NCBI GenBank assembly: GCA_034437455.1 | Contig: DAOTUB010000062.1 | Coordinates: 1 to 14,465 of the forward strand | Direction of reading: 5' to 3' | Length of the DNA: 14,465 nucleotides | Origin: Anaerolineae bacterium | GTDB lineage: Bacteria; Chloroflexota; Anaerolineae; B4-G1 | Shown here: positions 9,001-14,336 of the stretch, one piece after another | Layout: each line of letters opens with the position of its first letter | Position numbering within the stretch: position 1 is the stretch's first letter | Notes under the pieces: generated by a model | What the model saw: only the letters and a program-made list of their open reading frames with translations | Databases searched by the model: none | Told to the model about the DNA's origin: nothing | Program-made: the position numbers and the translations under genes

Positions 9001-9172
9001 AGAGAAACCCAAAGATGCCAAAGGGCTCGGTATGGGGCTACTAATGGCCCACGTTATTGTACAAACTTATGGGGGGAAAATTTGGCTTGATTGCACCGGA
9101 CCCGAGGGCACGACCATGTCCATCTGGCTCCCCTTGGAAGCCCGACCCTCAGAGGGAGAGCAGACCTCATGA
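3011..9172 (+). CDS. Giant multi-sensor hybrid histidine kinase (2053 aa): N-terminal REC, GAF1, PAS, GAF2 through GAF9, divergent HisKA, HATPase_c. ATG 3011 overlaps the upstream stop (TGA 3016-3018) by 8 nt; SD GAGGAG at 2996-3001.
   Basis: - REC: VVLIDDEQ, VALIDDML, ILFTGW, LSKP.
- PAS: TLDAVIAIDQGKRVTVFNQRAEQMFGWHAREIIGQP at about nt 3950-4290.
- Nine GAF-like units, each closing with the helix motif (F/L)A-x-QAA(I/V)AI-x-NA(R/Q)L(Y/F/I). The nine closing motifs are:
  1. ANHIASAIQNAQLF
  2. ADQAAVAINNARFF
  3. AAQAAIELETSLL
  4. ANTAAIAISNAQLY
  5. NQAAIAYDAARR
  6. ATHASLALKKARLL
  7. ATQAAIAIRNARLI
  8. ADQLAIAIENAQLY
  9. ASQAAVAIERARQ
- Divergent H-box: LAWMGMTSSAWRHTIEKH, which aligns to LAxxGxxAxxxAHEIxNPL.
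- HATPase: N box FDILVDNAVNAV, G1 DTGPGI, G2 KGLGMGLLMAH. Confidence 0.9.
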   Translation: MHEEPLRVVLIDDEQSLREPLAKRLRDKYNYHVDAAADARQAWQLITEASSPYDVALIDDMLTPQAQVEPQLIGIDLTRRIREDHPETECILFTGWGMERALEGLRAGAYRYLSKPINMEELGMTIRMAAEHRRLKQQLETTRQEKKWLQTFLEIGRATTSVLELDEVLEHVHAQISLLMDASCMDVVLYDSANQTLKFELGYDKGVKETRWERPFTADHGLTDLVIQHRHPLLIRDYKKETPPVLAYQRGEMSRSWLGVPLIARDQVIGAITVQSYTPHKFDETDQQILDTVANHIASAIQNAQLFSELVKTQKWREALINNTLDAVIAIDQGKRVTVFNQRAEQMFGWHAREIIGQPVTQLHMSTGKAKEIFDTVNHEGEISSLEVELRHRDGTAIPARLSATRIKDSNGHPIGQARFMRDLRQVNLLEERLRALIRGNRVINSSLELEQVLNQVIQAALEAFPMAQGGVIHLYDKHSSVLRLQANTFSYSPSAIEALHMKPGEGIAGWVYMRGQPVVIPDAHQDERYKLIAHPEIAPHKPMVCVPLKVRDQVLGTLSLNTVETGNTFQAEDLGLLSTFADQAAVAINNARFFREQDRRQQLLTRLNEASRHIRAEKPIPKLLHEIVRQAVRLVDCSAGALFLNRPHVKELELQVTYELPTELVGSHLSHTEGLVGLVARTGKSKFIRNYSTWSRPTVLFEPYNFESVAGIPLKQAGEVQAVLLVADQTGTPAHLQPSDLEILERLAAQAAIELETSLLMSREQRVASQLGILHQISDYIQAARDLDKVLHVVLTGVTAGYGLGFNRAALLLLDERQEHLVGRMGIGQLEEPAAQQDWEQHHKHKLEDFQRYLELLEKDALPLTPVGEKIRDIRLPLTPHVCGILMRVMRQQQHLLLTLEELNELPGSFVKVFDPAQPIIVAPLLARGAVIGLLIADNKFTASPITPEDTEALLTFANTAAIAISNAQLYHETRVARERLRSFYEASNALVSSQDPEQVLRKIVEQAHQTASSAWTGLILIDKAGQAQKLVTMGIDEYGGFTVRPDGISMQAMCSDQAQIIEDVRAERDRVNPGLLRDGIGAALCLPLSLQENHFGVMWLHYAMPRHFPISEVEALQLYVNQAAIAYDAARRMQQLENMRRAAEALAGASSIAAVLKQIAESARIVLNADSSVVWPYDHERRTFLPAELETAGISPELVEQFRDVEPQPEGTTETVLHLGWIGVSDVDQEVHPFLGPPDRGLRGAITVQSFQGIALRAGDEILGVLYADYERPRSFNKADRRLAETFATHASLALKKARLLDQISQVRDTAKAVAEVSILEKLASTLDSITRGTCKTLNCDAVTLYTFDQRKDQIGFPPTVIGIRDTKQVLELGFVARNSVVGKILDLGQVHVAEDAPSDPIMGGVFVKREGIKSSLGVPLQVGDQKVGVMFVNYRTPHRFTGEELTNIKLFATQAAIAIRNARLIDDIFHRNIQLQTVTEVSKSTSTLLAPEALMHQAVNLIRERFELYYVGLFLTDESSKHAVLRAGTGDAGQRMLTDGYKLEIDDHSMIGWSINNAQPRIALDIDKEKIRFNNPHLPETHSELALPLISRGRCIGALTVQSTRPDAFSSEDVAVLQTMADQLAIAIENAQLYREETEQLQESQALQKIAISLAGSLELGEVLNHVMQAAMGFTETDSGTILLWNAEQENFTYTLTTTGPERTLQVYTSQTREEGIARSIIEEQKTVIISNAQDDPRINPIAIEKGRRALIGTPLVSREEVIGVLYVSSLEPRQFLAQQVSLLKSLASQAAVAIERARQHKELKETKSVIGARTALAWMGMTSSAWRHTIEKHSLTIREQAQLLRQDWEKVMPHSQKLKAQDRIAMIERLTTQILQKPITPPLSSESGVQLVSLTTLVSERARQLWQNDPYKKTKLQLDLQLPEEAAVRTSPEWLRRAFDILVDNAVNAVTDCPVREITIGTKAYSSGVKVFVSDTGPGIPDEMQDKIGLEAIEKPKDAKGLGMGLLMAHVIVQTYGGKIWLDCTGPEGTTMSIWLPLEARPSEGEQTS

Positions 9173-9558
9173 AGCACTTCTTATTGGTCGGTAACCCATC
9201 AGGCTCGCAGTGGTCCTCGATCTTGCGTCGGGCACTGTCTACTTTGGGTGAGCTGCGCATCGCGTCTGAAGCAAACGCCCCACGGGAAATCTCGAGAAAA
9301 AATTACGATGCGATCATTGTAGACGCCGGCGCCGTTCAAGACGTTAACGCTCTGACATCTCTTCTGCGTCAAGACCACCCTCAGGCACGCGTGATCGTTG
9401 CCACCGCGTCTCCCACCTGGAGACGCGCGCGCGAGGCACTCCGTGCCGGCGCCGCCGACTATATCCGCAAATCGCTGGATGAAAAAGAACTCCTGGTCGC
9501 TATCCAGGAAGCGTTATTAGTTCCCCTTCCTGCCTTATCCGAGTCGAAACGGAGGTAA
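9169..9558 (+). CDS. Stand-alone receiver-like protein (129 aa from ATG 9169); atypical or pseudo-receiver. The ATG overlaps the stop of the giant kinase (ATGA at 9169-9172); GGGAGAG lies 12-18 nt upstream. The ORF track's earlier start (9091) would overlap the kinase by 82 nt and seems less likely.
   Basis: CheY-like layout. The conserved acidic pair is replaced in LLVGNPS (DD to GN). The putative phospho-Asp is kept in AIIVDAG, a T/S position in VATAS, and a Lys in IRKS. Seen directly in translation. Confidence 0.6.
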   Translation: MKHFLLVGNPSGSQWSSILRRALSTLGELRIASEANAPREISRKNYDAIIVDAGAVQDVNALTSLLRQDHPQARVIVATASPTWRRAREALRAGAADYIRKSLDEKELLVAIQEALLVPLPALSESKRR

Positions 9559-9560
9559 AT

Positions 9561-11528
9561 ATGGCCCAGTTCACTGTGCTCTTTGTTGATAACGATCAAG
9601 ATTTTCTCAATACCCGCACCGAATTTCTAGAAAATGCCGGGTATCGCGTGATCAAAGCCGCCAGTCTTGATCAGGCCCGAAAGTTCCTAAGTGACGCCCT
9701 GGTCCATCTGGCCATCCTGGATATCCGTATAGTCGACGACGATGATGAAAAGGACATCAGCGGCCTGGTTCTGGCCAAAGAGCCGGCCTACAGCCTCATC
9801 CCCAAAATTATCCTCACGAATTTTCCGAGCTATCAAGATGTGCGGGAGGTTCTAAAACCTGCCTTACAGGGCCTCCCTCCTGCCGTGGACTTTTTATCCA
9901 AAAAGGACGGCCCGACAATCATGATTCAGGCCGTCCACGAGGCCTTTGACAAATATGTACGCCTCAATCAGGACTTGCGCATTGACTGGGGCCCACGGGA
10001 GTCTCTGAATCCTCTCCATCTGGCGCGCCTGCTAAACCCTGACGCGTCTAACGAGGTTTTGGTACAACGCGCCGATGAACTAGAGGACCTCCTGCGCCGC
10101 GTATTCTGTGATTATCAACAGGTCAGAATTGGCCGGTTGCTGTGGCATATCGAACAGCGCCTCTGCGTACCGGTCTTGGCGCAATCTACCCAGCAAGCGA
10201 CCGACGCCCGGATCCTGGTGTGCGGAGAACGGGGACCTATGGAGCAAGAACTGGCGTGTATGCAAGAGCTGGTACCAGAACGCGGGGCAACGTTGGTCAA
10301 CACGACCGATACCGTGCATTTCTGTGCAGCAATCTATGCCCTGGCCGACGCCCAGTTGGAAAGCATACAAACCTTGAGAGAGTTGTTTCAAAGCGGCAAG
10401 AAACGCCCTCTCACAACCGCCCTGGATCGCCTGTTAAAAGACACGCTGGCAGACTGGCACCAACGCGGACAAGCTCTGCAGGAATCGGGCCACTTGATCG
10501 AAGTTTATCGCCGCTGGGCAGAGCTGGACCAGGACGGTACGTCTCGGTCAAAGGTCAAGCGCCACGTAGAGAAACTGGTCCAGATATCCCGCGCGTTAAG
10601 CGCAGTGGAAATTCAAAGCCTTGACCAAGGCATCACATTTCAGTTCCCTCAACAAGCACCGTTGAACTATCCTGACCCCGTGGCTATCCTGTACACCCCA
10701 TTGGAATCCTATTCCGGGCCAATCGTGTGTCGCGTCTCGCCCGGCCGCCTGACGCCTGACAACGTGCTCATAGATGCCCAGCAACGGACCTGGCTAACCG
10801 ACCTGGCTCGCGCCGGACAGGCCCCCCAATGGTGGGATTTCGTGTGCCTGGAGGCGCTGTTTCGCTTTGATCTCAGTCAGGCCCCAGACCTGCTGGCCTG
10901 GCAAGAGTTCGAAGAATGCTTGATTTGCCCTAACGTGCTGCACGATAATCTACGGGAACAGGACGTGGTGCAAGATCTGCGCATGAGCGTGACGCTCATT
11001 GAGCAAATCCGCAGACAAGCCGGCAGTGAAGCCGGACCCGACCCCCGACCTTACTATGCAGGCCTGCTGGCATGGGTCGTCGGCGCCATCGCCCAACACG
11101 ATCCAAGCAGGCTGTATACGCCGGCCGAGCAAATGCGCAACGCACACCTCTTGATGGCCGCCGCTATGCTCGCGAACCGGTTAAGCGAGTCAACAGCCAA
11201 AGTGAACCCTGGTGGGTCGCTGCGCTTGGATGCAGAAGGCACTGTCTGGATGGGAGAACGCCGGGTCGATGAACTGGGAGGACAAGAGCTTGATTTGTTG
11301 CGCCTGCTCTATGAACAACCGGGACAACTCGTCAAGCGCGAGCGCATCATCGAATCTGTATTCGGCGAACCTTATGCCGAGGGCGACAAACACCAGGCAG
11401 GCCGCATTAACTCCCTGATAAGACGTCTGCGCGTCAAGATTGAACCCAATTCCCGCCGTCCGCGCTACCTACTGACCGTCAAGGGCAAAGGTTATCGCTT
11501 GCAGGTAAAGAACAAACCTCAAGAGTAG
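9561..11528 (+). CDS. 655-aa response regulator: N-terminal REC, then a central protein-kinase-like (Hanks/APH-type) domain that is probably a pseudokinase, then a C-terminal OmpR/PhoB-type winged-helix DNA-binding domain. SD GGAGG 7 nt upstream of ATG 9561.
   Basis: - REC: LFVDNDQD, LAILDIR, IILTNF, VLKP.
- Kinase-like catalytic loop: SPGRLTPDNVLID, aa 394-405 (nt about 10740-10775). It aligns to HRDLKPENILID / HGDLHPGNVLV with the catalytic D replaced by R.
- DFG-like motif: WLTDLARAG, aa 411-419.
- APE-like plus DxWSxG-like region: APQWWDFVCLEA.
- wHTH: LLRLLYEQPGQLVKRERIIESVFG ... RINSLIRRLRVKIE ... YLLTVKGKGYRL. Confidence 0.85.
   Translation: MAQFTVLFVDNDQDFLNTRTEFLENAGYRVIKAASLDQARKFLSDALVHLAILDIRIVDDDDEKDISGLVLAKEPAYSLIPKIILTNFPSYQDVREVLKPALQGLPPAVDFLSKKDGPTIMIQAVHEAFDKYVRLNQDLRIDWGPRESLNPLHLARLLNPDASNEVLVQRADELEDLLRRVFCDYQQVRIGRLLWHIEQRLCVPVLAQSTQQATDARILVCGERGPMEQELACMQELVPERGATLVNTTDTVHFCAAIYALADAQLESIQTLRELFQSGKKRPLTTALDRLLKDTLADWHQRGQALQESGHLIEVYRRWAELDQDGTSRSKVKRHVEKLVQISRALSAVEIQSLDQGITFQFPQQAPLNYPDPVAILYTPLESYSGPIVCRVSPGRLTPDNVLIDAQQRTWLTDLARAGQAPQWWDFVCLEALFRFDLSQAPDLLAWQEFEECLICPNVLHDNLREQDVVQDLRMSVTLIEQIRRQAGSEAGPDPRPYYAGLLAWVVGAIAQHDPSRLYTPAEQMRNAHLLMAAAMLANRLSESTAKVNPGGSLRLDAEGTVWMGERRVDELGGQELDLLRLLYEQPGQLVKRERIIESVFGEPYAEGDKHQAGRINSLIRRLRVKIEPNSRRPRYLLTVKGKGYRLQVKNKPQE
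10100..11130 (+). other. Kinase-like (probable pseudokinase) insert domain of the 9561-11528 regulator.
   Basis: Approximate span inferred from the positions of the catalytic-loop and DFG-like motifs. The N-lobe assignment is tentative because no clear Gly-rich loop or VAIK lysine is seen. Confidence 0.45.
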
Positions 11529-11571
11529 GCAAAATCGTCTTGCTGTTATCTTTTTATCACACAAGCAAGAG

Positions 11572-11581
11572 ATGACGTCAT
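11572..11581. promoter_or_regulatory. Perfect 10-bp palindrome ATGACGTCAT (core TGACGTCA).
   Basis: Read directly; self-complementary. Lies 44 nt after the regulator gene's stop and upstream of the SPFH-like gene. Confidence 0.5.
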
Positions 11582-11587
11582 AAAAGT

Positions 11588-11615
11588 GTGACATACCATC
11601 ATCATACAGTGACAC
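11588..11615 (+). promoter_or_regulatory. Direct repeats GTGACAT (11588-11594) and GTGACAC (11609-11615), 21 bp apart (about two helical turns). Candidate binding sites for a winged-helix (OmpR-type) regulator.
   Basis: Read directly. The 21-bp phasing and a TGAC core shared with the neighbouring palindromes are the only evidence. Confidence 0.35.
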
Positions 11616-11616
11616 A

Positions 11617-11658
11617 TTGCAAGGTAACTCCAATCCGGACATCATATTGTCCGGATTG
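11617..11658 (+). promoter_or_regulatory. Putative promoter/operator for the SPFH-like operon. A -35-like TTGCAA (11617-11622) is followed by a perfect 11-bp inverted repeat CAATCCGGACA-tcatat-TGTCCGGATTG (11631-11658). The repeat's AT-rich loop (TCATAT) is the best -10 candidate.
   Basis: The inverted repeat is an exact reverse complement (read directly). The promoter hexamers are weak matches and the spacer is 18-19 bp, so the promoter call is tentative. A palindrome centred on a -10 element is a classic repressor-operator geometry. Confidence 0.4.
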
Positions 11659-11791
11659 TTCATGGGTTAACATGATGCTTGCAAGGCCCTATACACCGCG
11701 GCTTTGCTAGTAAAAATGTGGAGCCCAGCCCATCGCTCCCCACATAGATCAAACTTGCGCGGGTCAGTTTGAAAACGAGAGGAGAATAAAG

Positions 11792-13111
11792 ATGGAAAGT
11801 TACCAAGACGGACATGCGGAACAAGCGAAAGCGCGTCCCATAAAGTATTGGCCGCCCGATGGTTCCAAATTCAATGGCCTGGTAGGTCCTGCTAAACAAA
11901 TGCGGATCCTGCCCCTGGTCCCCAAACTCCACATCGTCCCAGCAGGCACGTGCGCCGTCCTTACATTGCCCGGAGGGAAGCGCACAATCTTTCAAGAAGG
12001 TATGCACGTGCTCAAGGATCTCCCCGCAGGCGTATGCTTGCTGCGCTACGTCGATATGCGGGAACATCGCACCCCCATATCACTCACCGAGGCCTGGTGT
12101 AAAGATGGGTGGCGCGGCAAGCTTGCGCTACAGATTCACTGGCGCGTCAATGACGCGGCACACCTCGTGGATGTCGCCGACCCTGTCGGGAACCTCACCA
12201 CCGCCGCCAAGGCGAGTGTGCGCGCTGTCATCGAGACGACGCCCCACGACAAGCTGATCGGTGGGAGCGACGAGCAAGCCATAGCGACCGATTCCCTGGC
12301 GGCGGCCGTGACCGCTAAACTGCAAGACAATCCGGCCACCAAGGGTATCAAAATCCTGCGCGTCCTGATCACCGAACGCCAAGGTGACACACGCTGCATC
12401 GAGATCGCGCAAGAAAAAACGGTCGAGCACAAGCGGCAGGAACTGGTCTTGCTGCAGGAGGAAACGGAGCGCAAGCGCAAAGAAGAGGAAAGAAAAGTGC
12501 GCATCCGGGAAGCAGAGATCGAGGCCGAAACGGAAGGCCGGCTCGCTGCTATCAAGTGGCAGCAAGTGCAGTTAGAACAGGCAGCGGAACTGAACAAACA
12601 ACATCACGAACGGGCGCTAAAAATCATCGAGGCCTACGCTCAGGTGCTGAGCAAGGCAGCAGAACTCGGACAACTGGAGGCACTCGGTGTCTCCTCGCGT
12701 CGCCGGCCCGAACTCGCCACCGGTGGCTTGGAGAGTATGCTGAACCAAGGGCTGAGCAACTTGCAAAGTGCGCTTCAGGCGCCAACCATCAGCCCGCTTC
12801 CCACGTATGCCAGCTCTTACAATGAAAAAGCCGCCCTGGCCGCGCGCCTCGCGGCCGAGGCTGCCGAGGTGGCCGAACTGGAAGGGGTCAAGCAGTGCTA
12901 CGTAGGCGTGTGCAAGAAAGAAAAGGGTAACACGGTTTTCGTCTGGCTGGATGGCCGACGGTTGAGCATCTGCTGCCCCTTGGACTACCCTCAAACCGCT
13001 CCCAAAGTGCAATGGGCTGACAACGGCCACCACAAAGTGCCGCTCAATTGGTCTGAAGGGATGTCGCTCTCGCACATCGTAGCGGACATCCGGGCAACCG
13101 CCCAAGCCTGA
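11792..13111 (+). CDS. SPFH/band-7 (stomatin/flotillin-like) domain protein, 439 aa. No N-terminal transmembrane helix. Followed by a long ER/K-rich charged helix and a Cys-containing C-terminal tail. SD GAGAGGAG 8-15 nt upstream of the ATG.
   Basis: - The N-terminal 45 aa are hydrophilic.
- SPFH core: HIVPAGTCAVLTLPGGKRTIFQEGMHVL ... LRYVDMREHRTPIS ... CKDGW matches IVPxGxxGVVxxFGK ... PGLHF ... VDLRE ... TKDN.
- Band-7 signature-like ATKGIKILRVLITE.
- Charged helix: QEKTVEHKRQELVLLQEETERKRKEEERKVRIREAEIEAETE.
- Tail: CYVGVCKKEKGNTVFVWLDGRRLSICCPLDYP. Confidence 0.75.
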   Translation: MESYQDGHAEQAKARPIKYWPPDGSKFNGLVGPAKQMRILPLVPKLHIVPAGTCAVLTLPGGKRTIFQEGMHVLKDLPAGVCLLRYVDMREHRTPISLTEAWCKDGWRGKLALQIHWRVNDAAHLVDVADPVGNLTTAAKASVRAVIETTPHDKLIGGSDEQAIATDSLAAAVTAKLQDNPATKGIKILRVLITERQGDTRCIEIAQEKTVEHKRQELVLLQEETERKRKEEERKVRIREAEIEAETEGRLAAIKWQQVQLEQAAELNKQHHERALKIIEAYAQVLSKAAELGQLEALGVSSRRRPELATGGLESMLNQGLSNLQSALQAPTISPLPTYASSYNEKAALAARLAAEAAEVAELEGVKQCYVGVCKKEKGNTVFVWLDGRRLSICCPLDYPQTAPKVQWADNGHHKVPLNWSEGMSLSHIVADIRATAQA

Positions 13112-13139
13112 AAACACTGACTCTATGACGAGGTGATAA

Positions 13140-14336
13140 ATGCAAGAGACACCTTTCATACATACGGCCTACCGTCAAGAGACTCTAGTCGAGTCCGGCT
13201 TGTTCAATCACCTAGGAGTAGCCCACGAGCAGTTGCCCGGCTATCACGCCTTGTTTGCTGCTCGGGTCCTGGTGACGCCCTATGAAATCTTGGCCGAAAG
13301 AAAGTGGGGCATGGTAGAAAGAGATCTGCTAGACGAGGTTCTGGACAGACAGAGGCGCTTTATCGCCAGCCTACACTACATAGATCCTCATTCCACCAGC
13401 CCTGACCCTAGCCTCAAGACGGCAGCGCTGCGCTATGTCGCTCGACCGGAGACGCGGCAAATAGACACGATACTGGTGGGCAAAGTCTTTGCCCACCAGA
13501 TCGACCAGGCTCGTGATATGGCTCTCGCCTGGTACAAGGAAATCGAAGCACTGTTTTCCCGTGACTACAAGCTGCAACCGCTCAAGTCAGAAGAGGAATT
13601 CATAACCCAATCGGGGCAACAACTGCTCAAAAGCATCTCTGAGCCCACACAGACAGAAGTCAGACGCTACGAGATGTTCTTGCCCAGGTCGACCGAACGA
13701 GAAGTAAGGGAAACCCACTATGTCGTGTATCCTTTTATGTGGCATCGAAACGGCATGGATCAAGTATGGCAAGTTATGGCGTCAATGTCAGCACCTGTCA
13801 TACTCAGCGTTATGCTGCGTCCGGCTTATTTGTACGAAGCGGAAGAGCTGCATTTGGCGCGATTTTACGAGGCCACAAAAAATCTCAAGTCCGAACGCGT
13901 CGCCGACCACGTGCTAGGGGAACAAGCCGCGCAGATATACGCCGGATACCTCCGGACCTGGCGCCAACCTTTCCTGGTGCGCGCGCAGGTCACCGCACCG
14001 CAAGGGACCCACCGCGCGCTGGCACGCGCGGTGGGATGTGCACTGTCATACGGCGCGCCGGCCAGTGGCGATGACAGACATAGCCCGTTCCCTGGTTACG
14101 AGTTGATCACACCCACCAAAGAGGACCGCAAGACCGCACGCGACAATGTATGCTGGCTCGAGATGCAAGACTGGGGGACTGACCAAGCTGCACCAGCCTA
14201 TCGTAGGTTTCGATACCTGACCGACTTGAAAGGCGCCCATTGCTTGTTTCGTCTCCCGTTCGTGCCCAAGGCCGGCTTGCCTGGCGCACAATTTGACAAA
14301 TCGTCAACGCCGGACGCAGACTCGAACAATCGATAG
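13140..14336 (+). CDS. Hypothetical protein, 398 aa, no recognisable domain; apparently soluble. Starts 28 nt after the SPFH-like gene's stop with SD GAGG 6 nt upstream, so it is probably co-transcribed.
   Basis: Long ORF with protein-like composition, tightly linked on the same strand. I see no catalytic or structural motif I can name, and no hydrophobic transmembrane segment. Confidence 0.55.
   Translation: MQETPFIHTAYRQETLVESGLFNHLGVAHEQLPGYHALFAARVLVTPYEILAERKWGMVERDLLDEVLDRQRRFIASLHYIDPHSTSPDPSLKTAALRYVARPETRQIDTILVGKVFAHQIDQARDMALAWYKEIEALFSRDYKLQPLKSEEEFITQSGQQLLKSISEPTQTEVRRYEMFLPRSTEREVRETHYVVYPFMWHRNGMDQVWQVMASMSAPVILSVMLRPAYLYEAEELHLARFYEATKNLKSERVADHVLGEQAAQIYAGYLRTWRQPFLVRAQVTAPQGTHRALARAVGCALSYGAPASGDDRHSPFPGYELITPTKEDRKTARDNVCWLEMQDWGTDQAAPAYRRFRYLTDLKGAHCLFRLPFVPKAGLPGAQFDKSSTPDADSNNR

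Noticed and set aside
9091-9168. Upstream ATG start (9091) for the small receiver gene, proposed by the ORF track.
   Set aside because: It would overlap the kinase gene by 82 nt in another frame and add a Gly/His/Arg-rich N-terminus. ATG 9169, with the ATGA stop/start overlap and an upstream GGGAGAG, is the more conventional coupled start.
11519-11560. Possible intrinsic terminator after the regulator gene (CAAGA ... TCTTG, then ttatctttttatc).
   Set aside because: The stem is only 5 bp with a 13-nt loop. The T-tract is real, but the structure is too weak to call.
11469-12067. Minus-strand ORFs (64 aa and 135 aa) spanning the intergenic control region and the start of the SPFH-like gene.
   Set aside because: They overlap real plus-strand genes at both ends, have no RBS, and the intergenic part is better explained as promoter/operator DNA.
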